Virus record (IMG/VR): IMGVR_UViG_3300025314_000014
Span: 4,371 to 68,370 of that record
Direction: 5' to 3' (one strand)
From: a virus
Lineage: Duplodnaviria; Caudoviricetes
DNA length: 64,000 nucleotides
This document shows positions 1 through 9,141 of this stretch, piece after piece. Within the stretch, counting starts at the first letter, position 1. Each line of letters begins with the position of its first letter. Both the position numbers and the translations under genes were made by a program. The notes under the pieces were generated by a model. It was given only the letters and a program-made list of their open reading frames with translations, did no database searches and was not told the origin of the DNA.

Positions 1-22
1 TAAGGCATTATAACCTCCTTAT

Positions 23-80
23 GGGCAATATTGGGGAGAGGGTTGCCCCGGACCTCCACGACCTCTCCCCTCTATTGCCC
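23..80 (-). terminator. Long imperfect stem-loop downstream of capsid operon A (terminator, attenuator or processing site)
   Basis: GGGCAATA(23-30)/TATTGCCC(73-80) and GGGGAGAGG(33-41)/CCTCTCCCC(62-70); no clear U-tract. Confidence 0.5.
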
Positions 81-93
81 TATAAGAATAGGC

Positions 94-519
94 CTACGTG
101 AGTTTGGCTAGACCTGACGCCAACTGCTCGTCTACGGCAGGTACACCCAGACTTACCATTGGCTCCAGGTATACTGTGGTATCATTGCACACAGGAGTTG
201 TGCCTGAAACAGTATACTGCAACCTGACCTTGGTAATGGTCTGTCCAGATGCGGGTCTGGGAATGTAGACAGGCCGTGCTATCTCGATATTGTCATCGGC
301 ACCATCCAACTGAGGGAAGGAACCTATCTTGAAGTAGGTTGAACCTCCATCAATTGAGGCCTCGATGTCAAAATCGAATAGTGGGGTAGTGCCTGTGATG
401 AGGGCATTGTTCAGCCTGGCTATGGCGAAGAATCCACCCTCAGTATCTACCGCTGTCTGCTGACCTGTGGCAGTAAGGTCTGCTGCGTTAGCCAGCCTCA
501 GGTTAATATCTCTTGCCAC
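94..519 (-). CDS. Putative capsid cement/decoration protein
   Basis: 141 aa, beta-strand-rich, AGGAGG SD, two genes downstream of the major capsid gene; function inferred from position. Confidence 0.5.
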   Translation of the reverse strand: MARDINLRLANAADLTATGQQTAVDTEGGFFAIARLNNALITGTTPLFDFDIEASIDGGSTYFKIGSFPQLDGADDNIEIARPVYIPRPASGQTITKVRLQYTVSGTTPVCNDTTVYLEPMVSLGVPAVDEQLASGLAKLT

Positions 520-528
520 TTGGACCTC

Positions 529-828
529 CTATGAATGAACTATTCTGACTGATGAGGAACGCTTTTCCTGCTCCTCAATTGGAAGGGGAGAGGCATGAGA
601 GCCATCAGCCATAATGGAATCAGTATCACGGTCCTTCTCCAGCTTGTAGCCGCTGAGTATCCACCCTAGTTCTAAGTGGTAAAAGTCCCAACGGAGAGCC
701 TGTGCCTCCTCTAAAGTCCTGGCAACAGGACGCTCTGACTCCCACTCCTCACCTGCGGATACTCTTTTGACCTTCCGATACAGATTGCCATTACGCTCAT
801 AAACCTCTGGTAGCTCTCCCGATTCCAT
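529..828 (-). CDS. Hypothetical protein
   Basis: 99 aa ORF with AGGAG SD in the capsid operon. Confidence 0.6.
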   Translation of the reverse strand: MESGELPEVYERNGNLYRKVKRVSAGEEWESERPVARTLEEAQALRWDFYHLELGWILSGYKLEKDRDTDSIMADGSHASPLPIEEQEKRSSSVRIVHS

Positions 829-840
829 ATTGTCCTCCTA

Positions 841-1767
841 CTATGCGTCAAGGATTCCGTAGAGCCTCGCAGCGCCACGAGGATGCTTGACTACGACACC
901 ACAGTACCACTCAATCCTACCCAAGTGGTAGGGGCCAGCCTGAACCTCTCCAAAGTCCTTGACTGAGGGGAGGCTCTTTGACTGGATACCGTGAACATGG
1001 TCAGAACTGAACCTAATACAGTAGACACTAGCTGTATCCGAGGTGCCGTCCCCAGGGTCCTCATCGTAGCCCAAGAAGGTGCTACCATCATCCTCACGCC
1101 GGACAATCCTAATGGGAGTACCAGCATAGGCTATCTGCTGCTTACCGAAAGCATCCTGGGTGAAGCTGATGAGGCTGGAACCAGTCTGAGCACGAACAAG
1201 GGCAGTCAGCTTACGGCGGACTGTAGGACTCATAAAGAGAACCTTATCGGCACCATCGCCTACAACTGCATCTAGGAGTGTATCCAGACTCGCAAGTGTC
1301 AGGGCACCTCCACCGCTGGCTTGCAGAATCTTCTGTCCTCCAATCAGGCGCTTACGGATACCATCGAAGGAGAATGCATCGACCACCGTGTCGCCTTCGA
1401 AGAAGGACTCCGAGAACTTAATTCCTGCTTGACGAGCCTTCATCCGGTACTTCTCAGCTTTGAGGTTGAGCAGGTTAGACATAACCTCGACCTCGAAGTT
1501 GTCAACCTTGACCTCACCACCGAGAATAACCAGAGGCTCAAACTCTGGATTGATTACACCTGCGTCAGGCGTGTATGTGCCGCCAACACCACGGAAGGCC
1601 ACTGTGCCTAGCGTTCGCTCCTTGTGGTAGCGGAACGCAGGGCCATTAATGGTCTTCATAGGTAGATATTCTAGGATTGGAGAGGTCTCTACGATAATCT
1701 TTGTGACTGCCCTCTCCAACTCATCCTGACTATGCTTGGCAGCCTCTAGAAGTGTTATGTCCGCCAT
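841..1767 (-). CDS. Major capsid protein A (HK97 fold, epsilon15 gp7-like family)
   Basis: Motifs TLLEAAK, SPILEYLP, ILGGEVKVD, FFEGD...FDGIRKRL and C-terminal AARLYGI; follows the scaffold gene; strong SD. Confidence 0.85.
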   Translation of the reverse strand: MADITLLEAAKHSQDELERAVTKIIVETSPILEYLPMKTINGPAFRYHKERTLGTVAFRGVGGTYTPDAGVINPEFEPLVILGGEVKVDNFEVEVMSNLLNLKAEKYRMKARQAGIKFSESFFEGDTVVDAFSFDGIRKRLIGGQKILQASGGGALTLASLDTLLDAVVGDGADKVLFMSPTVRRKLTALVRAQTGSSLISFTQDAFGKQQIAYAGTPIRIVRREDDGSTFLGYDEDPGDGTSDTASVYCIRFSSDHVHGIQSKSLPSVKDFGEVQAGPYHLGRIEWYCGVVVKHPRGAARLYGILDA

Positions 1768-1776
1768 AGCTTCCTC

Positions 1777-2664
1777 CTATTTCTTCTCAGACTTCGACAA
1801 TGCACTCTCTAGTAGCTCGTTAGAGGGTGTGCCTAGAAGGTCAGGTGTAGCGCCTGTCCTTCGACCTGATGTTAGTGGGGGCCTATCCTGCTCTAACTCT
1901 GCAAGCTGCTCCTGCTTGTGAGTCTCCCACTTCTCGGCTAGTAGCTCCTGAGCGCGTGCTTCTACTCGGCTATCAATAATGGCCTGGCCAATAGCCTGAC
2001 CCCAGGATACAAGGCCATCGACTCCCATATGAGTAAAGTTCTCAGGTTTTAGCTCTGCCTTTACAACATCGTCTAAGCCTGAGTTCTCTAACATATGAGA
2101 GTATACAGCAACCTGGGCCGCATTGGAGTAGACCTCTGAGGCACGAGCAACAGCCTCTGGACTGAGACCACCACCAGATTGTTTACGCTCCTGGTATTGA
2201 GCATAGGCAGAGGCAGCCTTAGAGTCAGCCGAAATCTCCTCCCCAATTTCCTCTTGAGTCATTGAGGAGAAGTGCTCATCCCAGAGCGCGTGGTCAGCCC
2301 GTTCTCGCTCAGTTTGAGCAATAGCAGGCCGCTCACGTTCCAGGACTGCTGCTACCTGGGCTGCCCCTGCCCTATCCGCCCATGACTGGAGCATTGGACC
2401 TAATGCTGGATGTGCTAGAAGTTGCTGAATGTTGAGGTCCTTGAGAGGGTCAGGAGCTTCCTCCTCCTCCCCTTTCTCCTCTTCTCCAGCCCCTCCCTCA
2501 CCATCACCAGTTCCAGCACCGGTTAGGCCAGGCTTGCTCTCCTTCTCAGAAGTGCTATCACCTGCACCATCGGCACTTTTATCTCCAGCACCCTTGGATT
2601 GAGGGGGAGCTACGGTTCCCTCAATCTCATGGGCTAAGGCGGCTATGTCAGGGTCAGTAGGCAT
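1777..2664 (-). CDS. Capsid scaffolding protein A
   Basis: Acidic, disordered N-terminus, helical body, directly upstream of MCP. Confidence 0.7.
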   Translation of the reverse strand: MPTDPDIAALAHEIEGTVAPPQSKGAGDKSADGAGDSTSEKESKPGLTGAGTGDGEGGAGEEEKGEEEEAPDPLKDLNIQQLLAHPALGPMLQSWADRAGAAQVAAVLERERPAIAQTERERADHALWDEHFSSMTQEEIGEEISADSKAASAYAQYQERKQSGGGLSPEAVARASEVYSNAAQVAVYSHMLENSGLDDVVKAELKPENFTHMGVDGLVSWGQAIGQAIIDSRVEARAQELLAEKWETHKQEQLAELEQDRPPLTSGRRTGATPDLLGTPSNELLESALSKSEKK

Positions 2665-2686
2665 AATTTATCTCCCCAATCTGGTA

Positions 2687-2965
2687 TCACGTTACCATAT
2701 CTGTCTGAACGTTGTCAATACCCATCTGGGGCGCTGCCCAGATACGATTTACGTTGGTCTGGCTCATCTCGAACAACTCCGCAACAGCAGCCACAGGTAA
2801 GATTCCTTCCAGAGCCTTTATCTTAGGATTACGTTCTCGGTTTCTAATACCCCTTACCCCACCCTCAGACTCATATCGGCATTGTGCTAGAGGGCAGTTA
2901 AGGCAGCAGGATGATACTTCGCAGCCGCAGGAGCCGTGATGGTTGCAGGTAATTACGGGCTTCAT
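2687..2965 (-). CDS. Cys-cluster plus helix-turn-helix DNA-binding protein
   Basis: GCEVSSCCLNCPLAQCRYE followed by HTH VAAVAELFEMSQTNVNRI. Confidence 0.65.
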   Translation of the reverse strand: MKPVITCNHHGSCGCEVSSCCLNCPLAQCRYESEGGVRGIRNRERNPKIKALEGILPVAAVAELFEMSQTNVNRIWAAPQMGIDNVQTDMVT

Positions 2966-5900
2966 CGGGAGCGCCTCTTATGCCTACCCTGCATAAAGAT
3001 AGGAGTTGCTCCAAACCATTTGGCAAGGGCAGCGTCGGCCTCTGGATTAGCAAACCTGTAACGCTCTTTGAGGTCACTGACTATGGATTCAACCTGACGA
3101 AGAACTGGCAAGTCAGAGGCTATAGATGCAGCCTGCTCAAGTGGATACCCCTGCTTGACGAGACCTTGGACTATTGAGAACACATAGTCATCGGTAGTCT
3201 CATAGGGGCTTAGTTCAGGTGAACCTTTCCTGATTGTATCCCAGACTGAATCCTCTAGCTCGAAGTAGGGTCTAAGAGTTCTAATTGCCTTCTTGTATTC
3301 CTTTGTGAGTGGAGTGTCTCGGAGGCCTGTGTTATCCTCAACATAACGTTTCTGCTCAGGCGTCCAGGAGTCCTCTAAGTCGTTCAGACTAACAGCCAGC
3401 TTCTCAGGGTCTATGTTACCCCAAGGTGTGCGGGCATTGATGAAGGCATCTCGTTGCTGTTGAAGTGCCAAGTCATTAGGATTATCAGGTACTTGAAGCC
3501 TACCCGCTGCCTCTGGATGGTCACGTTCCCACTGGTCAAAGGCTCCTGCACGGGCAGCATTGATACGCTGGTACTCGGCTCTCCATTCAGGACCAGCCAT
3601 ACCTGCTGAGTCAAGTGCCTTCATCTGAGTCTCATAAGTATCAAGCAGAGTGGTGCGGGCCTCAAGCGCCTTGCCATATTCACTTGTGGCTTCTGGACGC
3701 TTCAATTCTGGCCTAGCCCTCTCAAGCTCAAACTTCTGCCTAGGCTCAAGGTCAGGCCAATTCTTCTGGAATGACTCCTGAGCGGCCTCATTACGACGGT
3801 TAGCAAGGTTCTCATAAGCTGTAAGAGGAGCAGCCTTTGTACCAAGTATTTGGAGAGCAGAGGCTCCAATCTCCTGTGGAGTCTTGGGAATACCCTCTTC
3901 ACCTGCCTGTTGGAGAGAGATAGGCCCTAGCTGCTTTGTAAGCTGTCCAAGACTAACCAGAACCTCCTCAGCATTACCCCATTTGAGGTCAGCACCTTGG
4001 ATTGTGTGGCCCTGAATGAGGTCATAAATGCGGGCAACTGCAGGAGAAGCCTTGGTACGTGCAATATAGCTAGTGCCTTGAATAGGATTCGTGGCCCCTA
4101 TATAGATAGCCTTCACAAGTGAATCCCAGGGGCCAAAGACGCTAATATCACGGCCAAGTGCTCGTATCCTTAGGAAGTTAGAGCTAGAGGGATTGAAGTC
4201 AGTCTTGTTGCCCAGAACCTCATTGAGAGAGTACGTAAGGGCCGTACCCAAGATAACCAGCTTGGATATTGCCTTAGCTGCCTCATTCCCTCCTAGTGTC
4301 CTCTTCGTCAAGCCATCTGAAACTAGACCTATCTGGGAGCGGAAGAATCTGGGGGCGAACAGCATTGCAGTCTCCAGGCTGGTAGCCTTCCCACCGGTGT
4401 AGCCTGTTGCAAGGTTAACCATACGGGCTAGGCCCTCTAGGTCTTTAGTTGATGCACCAGCCTTAGCCGCTGACTCAAACATCTCCAGACGCAGGCTATT
4501 CCCGAAACGGGTGAACCAAGTATTTGACAGTCTGGCAGCCTTACCAAATCCAGGAAGTTTCTCAGGCCAGCCTGAGAAGAGGAACTCACCCATATCGTTG
4601 CGGGCTGCGAAGTGACCTCCACTCTTGAGGAAGTTATCGAGTAGGCCACTAGCCTGGTGTGCTGCAATCCTCTCATCATAGGCAGTAGTAAAGGCATATC
4701 TAAGGGATTGTATATAGGCTTTAGGGTTATGAGCAGCACCTATTAGGCCCTGGACACCCATAAAGGATGCATCAGCAGTCGCCATCAGGGGCCTGATAAG
4801 GTTGTTGAACCTGTTAACAGTTGACTCCAAGAGGCCAGAAGCCTTAGGACTGTCGAAGTCTAGGAGCCTTTCACCAACCTGCTCGGAATAGAACTTGCCT
4901 CGGAAACGTTTAGGAAACTCTCTTGTACCGCCAGCGGTTAGTTCCCGCATAATAGTAGCTCGACGGGCCTTAATAGGTTGGAGTTCAGCACGAGCAGTTC
5001 TAAGTAGGCCCCTAGCTTCCTCTTGGATTCCAGCTAGAGTAGCTTGGCGGCCAGCCTTCAGAGGTAGTCCAGAGGCCTCCTTTGCTCTCTTACCAAGGGC
5101 CACAAGGTCATTCTCAACAAGTTTTCCTGGCATACGGAAGGCCCATCTACTGCCTACACGTTTGGCAATGGTTGCCTCACGCTCTAGGGACTGTAGACGC
5201 CTAATCCTCTGTACTAGAGCGACTCCCTGCTTAAGTAGGTCTGGAGCCTGTTGGCCCAGTAACTCAGTAACACTAAACCCATAGGGCCTAAGTGCTGCCT
5301 CAAGCCATTTGTCTGCGACACGGTTATAACCCTGAACTATACGGGCCTGTTGAGCATCAGCAAACCCCATATACTCCAGGCCAGCTTCAATACCTTCAGC
5401 CTTAGTAGAGACACTACGGGGCTTCTCGAAGGCCTGCTTAGCACCTAGCTTCTCCTTGACAACAGGGCCTACTGGGACTGTCTCCTCAAGCTGTGTCAAG
5501 GATTTTGGGTCAGTGATATTCACTGGGCGGCGGATTACCTGACGGTGAGTATAAATGCCACGAGGAGTAGGTATGTCATGGACTTTAAGGCCAGCAGCCT
5601 TTTCAGTTTGGCGGAGGATACTTAGCTGTTCATTGACCAGCTTGACTGCGCCTATCTGTTGGGGGTTGAGCTTGAAGTCCTTATAGGTCTCAATTACATC
5701 ATCAATATAAGGCTGACCTGGGAGGTCTAAGACTCTCCCCTCATTGTTAAGCCTAAAAGTCTTGCTTACAGCCGCACGTATTAGGTCATTAGAGCGGGCA
5801 GCAGCATTGTGACCAAAGGCTCTAATCCTGCCATACTCATGGAGGAGCATTCCCATATCATCATCGATAAGACGGACTCCTCGACCTTCTAGCCAACGCG

Positions 5901-6768
5901 TAACTGAGCCTGGAAGGGAGTTGCCTATTACCCTCCTACCAAACTGAGTAAGAGAGAGATTCTGACGGGCATCGATGATGACTTCCTCTGCTGTATGGAC
6001 TCCAAACTTATCTAGGGTAGTTCCCCTCATACCCTGGATAATACGCTCCATCTCAGGGGATTCAGCAGCACCCCCAGAGATTGCAGGAAGGATATTCTTA
6101 AGGGCAGCCCTACTACCTATACCTGAGAAGAGTGCGTCTAGGACTGGAAGCCTAGCAGCAGTCCTAGCACCAATCTTGCCAACTGCTCCTGTCCCCCCCA
6201 AAATCAAGCCTGGATAATTGAGAGGGTCAAACACAGTATAAGCTGTAGCCTCTGCTGCTATCTCATGCTCTAGCTCAGGCGAGATTGGTATTGGCCTCTT
6301 CCTAAATACATCAGAAACACCTGGGATACCGCTTTTCCCTAGGAGGCCTCCGCCTGCCCCTATATCAGCATACTTCTCTCCAAGTGGCCTACCAACCTCC
6401 CTGTAAGATAGGTCCATTAGCTGCTTCACTGGCCGGAGAACATCCCAGGGCTCTCTAACCTTACCTCGGAATACAGCAGAGGATACATCATCTACTGCAC
6501 CCAAAACAGGAGAAGCAATCTTACCAAGGATACCTCCACCGCCGCCTTTGGACTTAGTATCAGGCTGAATCTCATCCGCCTGGATACGAGTCATTAGAGG
6601 ACCTTCTGGACTCCCTAGCTGGGGGAAGAGATTAGGGTCAAGGCCACGGCGTGCCATCTCACCACGGGCCTGACGCCTAAATGCTATACGTTCAGCAGAG
6701 GCTCTGAAGGCCCTACCCTCACGCCTGGACCTAACGTCCCTGGGCTCGGACTCCCACCAGTTAGGCAT
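2962..6768 (-). CDS. Large internal virion (ejection) protein A
   Basis: 1268 aa between portal and scaffold as in podoviruses; shares motifs with 45285..50315. Confidence 0.65.
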   Translation of the reverse strand: MPNWWESEPRDVRSRREGRAFRASAERIAFRRQARGEMARRGLDPNLFPQLGSPEGPLMTRIQADEIQPDTKSKGGGGGILGKIASPVLGAVDDVSSAVFRGKVREPWDVLRPVKQLMDLSYREVGRPLGEKYADIGAGGGLLGKSGIPGVSDVFRKRPIPISPELEHEIAAEATAYTVFDPLNYPGLILGGTGAVGKIGARTAARLPVLDALFSGIGSRAALKNILPAISGGAAESPEMERIIQGMRGTTLDKFGVHTAEEVIIDARQNLSLTQFGRRVIGNSLPGSVTRWLEGRGVRLIDDDMGMLLHEYGRIRAFGHNAAARSNDLIRAAVSKTFRLNNEGRVLDLPGQPYIDDVIETYKDFKLNPQQIGAVKLVNEQLSILRQTEKAAGLKVHDIPTPRGIYTHRQVIRRPVNITDPKSLTQLEETVPVGPVVKEKLGAKQAFEKPRSVSTKAEGIEAGLEYMGFADAQQARIVQGYNRVADKWLEAALRPYGFSVTELLGQQAPDLLKQGVALVQRIRRLQSLEREATIAKRVGSRWAFRMPGKLVENDLVALGKRAKEASGLPLKAGRQATLAGIQEEARGLLRTARAELQPIKARRATIMRELTAGGTREFPKRFRGKFYSEQVGERLLDFDSPKASGLLESTVNRFNNLIRPLMATADASFMGVQGLIGAAHNPKAYIQSLRYAFTTAYDERIAAHQASGLLDNFLKSGGHFAARNDMGEFLFSGWPEKLPGFGKAARLSNTWFTRFGNSLRLEMFESAAKAGASTKDLEGLARMVNLATGYTGGKATSLETAMLFAPRFFRSQIGLVSDGLTKRTLGGNEAAKAISKLVILGTALTYSLNEVLGNKTDFNPSSSNFLRIRALGRDISVFGPWDSLVKAIYIGATNPIQGTSYIARTKASPAVARIYDLIQGHTIQGADLKWGNAEEVLVSLGQLTKQLGPISLQQAGEEGIPKTPQEIGASALQILGTKAAPLTAYENLANRRNEAAQESFQKNWPDLEPRQKFELERARPELKRPEATSEYGKALEARTTLLDTYETQMKALDSAGMAGPEWRAEYQRINAARAGAFDQWERDHPEAAGRLQVPDNPNDLALQQQRDAFINARTPWGNIDPEKLAVSLNDLEDSWTPEQKRYVEDNTGLRDTPLTKEYKKAIRTLRPYFELEDSVWDTIRKGSPELSPYETTDDYVFSIVQGLVKQGYPLEQAASIASDLPVLRQVESIVSDLKERYRFANPEADAALAKWFGATPIFMQGRHKRRSR

Positions 6769-6770
6769 AT

Positions 6771-7085
6771 CTATGAACTCAGGTATCCGCTATCCACTGA
6801 CTTCCTGCGCCGCTGATTCTGCTGGCCGAATGCTCTGCTCTGGGCAGTAGGACTAGCTTGAGAAGGTAGACTAAACTCCTGGATTATCCTCTTCATAACT
6901 GCCTGACCCTGAGGAGAGTTCTGGAAGTCAGTAGGTCTCATTAGGTCTCCCTGCTGGCCAAATGCCCTTGACTGGGCTGTAGAGCTAGCCTGGGAAGGCA
7001 GTCTCTTAGGTCTCTTAGCCGACTGCATAAACTCCAAGGCTAGTCGAGTGTGCCTAGGGTCTACTGATATTTGCATATGTGGCAT
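6771..7085 (-). CDS. Hypothetical protein with internal 17-aa repeat
   Basis: LPSQAS(S/P)TAQSRAFGQQ occurs twice. Confidence 0.6.
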   Translation of the reverse strand: MPHMQISVDPRHTRLALEFMQSAKRPKRLPSQASSTAQSRAFGQQGDLMRPTDFQNSPQGQAVMKRIIQEFSLPSQASPTAQSRAFGQQNQRRRKSVDSGYLSS

Positions 7086-7094
7086 TGCAGCCTC

Positions 7095-7865
7095 CTAGAA
7101 GGAATACTGTGTCGCACCAGTGTTGACATAGGGAATAAAGCCTTCCTGCAATTTCTGGAAATAGTCCTCTGGATTAATACCGACCCGTGTACCTCCCTGT
7201 TGAACACCACCCTTGAGAAAGCTCGAAAGAATAGCAAGGTCAGTCGGGTCAAAGGTTTGGAACTGGCTCCTACTAACAGATTGAGTAGTGGGAATGTTGA
7301 CTCCAAACTGGCCTATACCAGCGGAGACTTCAGGAGCAGCACCTATAATGGAGTTGAACATAGCCTGGATGTCAGCATCAGACCTGACAGCCCCAGTTTG
7401 AGGGGCAAGCCCTTGCTCCTGCAGTTTTCTCTTATACAGTTCGTAGGCCACAAAGTCAGCAGGATTAGCGGACAGTTGCGCCTCGGTAGTGTAACGTTGC
7501 TGTTTGAGGTTCTCTCGGTCTATTGTAGCCTGGAGGTCGGTTGCATACTTCTGAGCCGCAATCAGTTTGTCCTGGAGATTCATATAGGACCCAGGGTCTA
7601 TAAATAGGCTGCTAGGGTATCCGGTGGGTGCTGGTGCAGCAGGGGCTGGTGCTGCAGGGGCTGGAGCAGGTGCTGGTGCTGCTGCGCCTACAATCTGTCC
7701 TGGTCTCCAACCTCCAAGGAGTGCCTTCTGGAGAGCCACATTGCCTGCTGCCGACCCAACAGGAGCAGTAATCCCAATCTGTCCATAAAGAGTTTTAAGC
7801 TCTGCCATTCCTGGCCAGTTGCGGCCTACAAGTCTTGCATAAGTCTGATACGGGTACTCAGCCAC
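7095..7865 (-). CDS. Putative internal virion protein
   Basis: GTG start at 7865 after GGAGG SD; Pro/Ala linker and Gln-rich coiled coil; positional counterpart of 50370..51161. Confidence 0.55.
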   Translation of the reverse strand: MAEYPYQTYARLVGRNWPGMAELKTLYGQIGITAPVGSAAGNVALQKALLGGWRPGQIVGAAAPAPAPAPAAPAPAAPAPTGYPSSLFIDPGSYMNLQDKLIAAQKYATDLQATIDRENLKQQRYTTEAQLSANPADFVAYELYKRKLQEQGLAPQTGAVRSDADIQAMFNSIIGAAPEVSAGIGQFGVNIPTTQSVSRSQFQTFDPTDLAILSSFLKGGVQQGGTRVGINPEDYFQKLQEGFIPYVNTGATQYSF

Positions 7866-7867
7866 AG

Positions 7868-8059
7868 TTACACCTCCGACCCTACAGGAGCACACATAGC
7901 GCACAGAAGAACAGGCATGGAAGTCTGTATCCAGTTGATAGGATTCTTAACCTGTGGATATATTTGCTCTTGAGGTATAAATACAACCTGCGTTAGGCCT
8001 CTCACAGCCTGAGAATATTCCTTCCAATGTTGACATCCTGGACAGAAAAAGATTTGCAT
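7868..8059 (-). CDS. Small putative zinc-binding protein
   Basis: CPGC...CAMC; fills the gap between two operon genes. Confidence 0.5.
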   Translation of the reverse strand: MQIFFCPGCQHWKEYSQAVRGLTQVVFIPQEQIYPQVKNPINWIQTSMPVLLCAMCAPVGSEV

Positions 8060-8839
8060 CTAGAGGAACCTCTTGGCTAAGTCAATAGCCTGCTGAATCT
8101 GGCTTGTATCAGGGACTCCTACAGCATAAGGACTGGGAGTGGTTTGTATTAGGTTGAGGGCGATTGCAAACGGGTCATAGGCAATTGGCTTGGACTCTCG
8201 CGGCTGGAGGCCGAGACTTGTTGCTAGGCCCCCAGGCTCAAAACCTGTAGAGTACTTGGAGCCTTCTGGGATTGTGAACTGCTGAATACCCTCGAACCGT
8301 TCACCTGCCTCTGAGATGGCATCCAGTTGCCTATTGAACTCCTGCATAGCTTGGTCTGAGCGGAGACGGCGAGCCTCAACCTCAGTACCAAGGCCCTCAA
8401 TGACTGCACTCAGGTAGTTGGACATTCGTTGGTTAGCAGCAGAGGCGGCAGCGGCGGCACTAGAGGCCCCTCCATCCCCAGAATCACCCTCTGTCAGATT
8501 CCTATATGCAGCTACATCCTTATAGTACGAGGAGTAGTCACGACCTATAACCTTACCATATTCGTCCAGTAGGTCATAGGCAGGGTCATTGATATTAGGT
8601 ATAGGAATATCTCCAGGCCCATACCTAGTAGTAGTACCAGTGGGTTGACTTACTCCAGGCTCAGTGAATGGAAAGGTTGCAGGAGCGGAGGTACTTGCCC
8701 ATATAGCCTTACCAGAGGAGTCATATCCAATAATCTTCTTGGGAGTAATGGGTGGAGGTGTCACAGGGTAAGCAGGCCTAGGAGTAGGTGTTGGAGTTGG
8801 CCCTGGAGTTAGCCTCGGTAAAGGTTTAGGTTGTGTCAT
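8060..8839 (-). CDS. Putative internal virion protein
   Basis: Pro-rich N-terminus, coupled to neighbours in the morphogenesis operon. Confidence 0.5.
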   Translation of the reverse strand: MTQPKPLPRLTPGPTPTPTPRPAYPVTPPPITPKKIIGYDSSGKAIWASTSAPATFPFTEPGVSQPTGTTTRYGPGDIPIPNINDPAYDLLDEYGKVIGRDYSSYYKDVAAYRNLTEGDSGDGGASSAAAAASAANQRMSNYLSAVIEGLGTEVEARRLRSDQAMQEFNRQLDAISEAGERFEGIQQFTIPEGSKYSTGFEPGGLATSLGLQPRESKPIAYDPFAIALNLIQTTPSPYAVGVPDTSQIQQAIDLAKRFL

Positions 8840-9141
8840 GCCATACCTCGATTCACAGATAGCCTTGTAATGTGAGTAACGAAGTCCTGAATGTCCTTCT
8901 TAACTAGCTCCTCTTGGTCAGGCATTCCACGGTATTTGTTAGCGAGCCGTTGAGCAACCTCTTGCCAGTCCTCAGGAGTCATTGTAAGAAACTTCTCTAG
9001 CTGCTCATCAGGAGAAAGAGGAACTGAACCATAGGTGTATTCGGCCTCTAGCTCCTTGATAAGCCGCTGCCTCATATCGAAGTACCACTCCTCTACCTCA
9101 GTCCTAAGCTTATCAAGTCGAGGGCCAGAGAGAATAGGCAT
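8836..9141 (-). CDS. Conserved portal-adjacent protein
   Basis: YGSVPLSPDEQLEKFL resembles FGGEDMTEDEAFNEYL in 51161..51451, at the same position. Confidence 0.6.
   Translation of the reverse strand: MPILSGPRLDKLRTEVEEWYFDMRQRLIKELEAEYTYGSVPLSPDEQLEKFLTMTPEDWQEVAQRLANKYRGMPDQEELVKKDIQDFVTHITRLSVNRGMA

Noticed and set aside
841-1767. Encapsulin shell gene
   Set aside because: Sits with scaffold, portal and terminase genes, so it is a phage capsid.
7620-7690. Repetitive GCTGGTGC tract
   Set aside because: Encodes an ordinary Pro/Ala linker.
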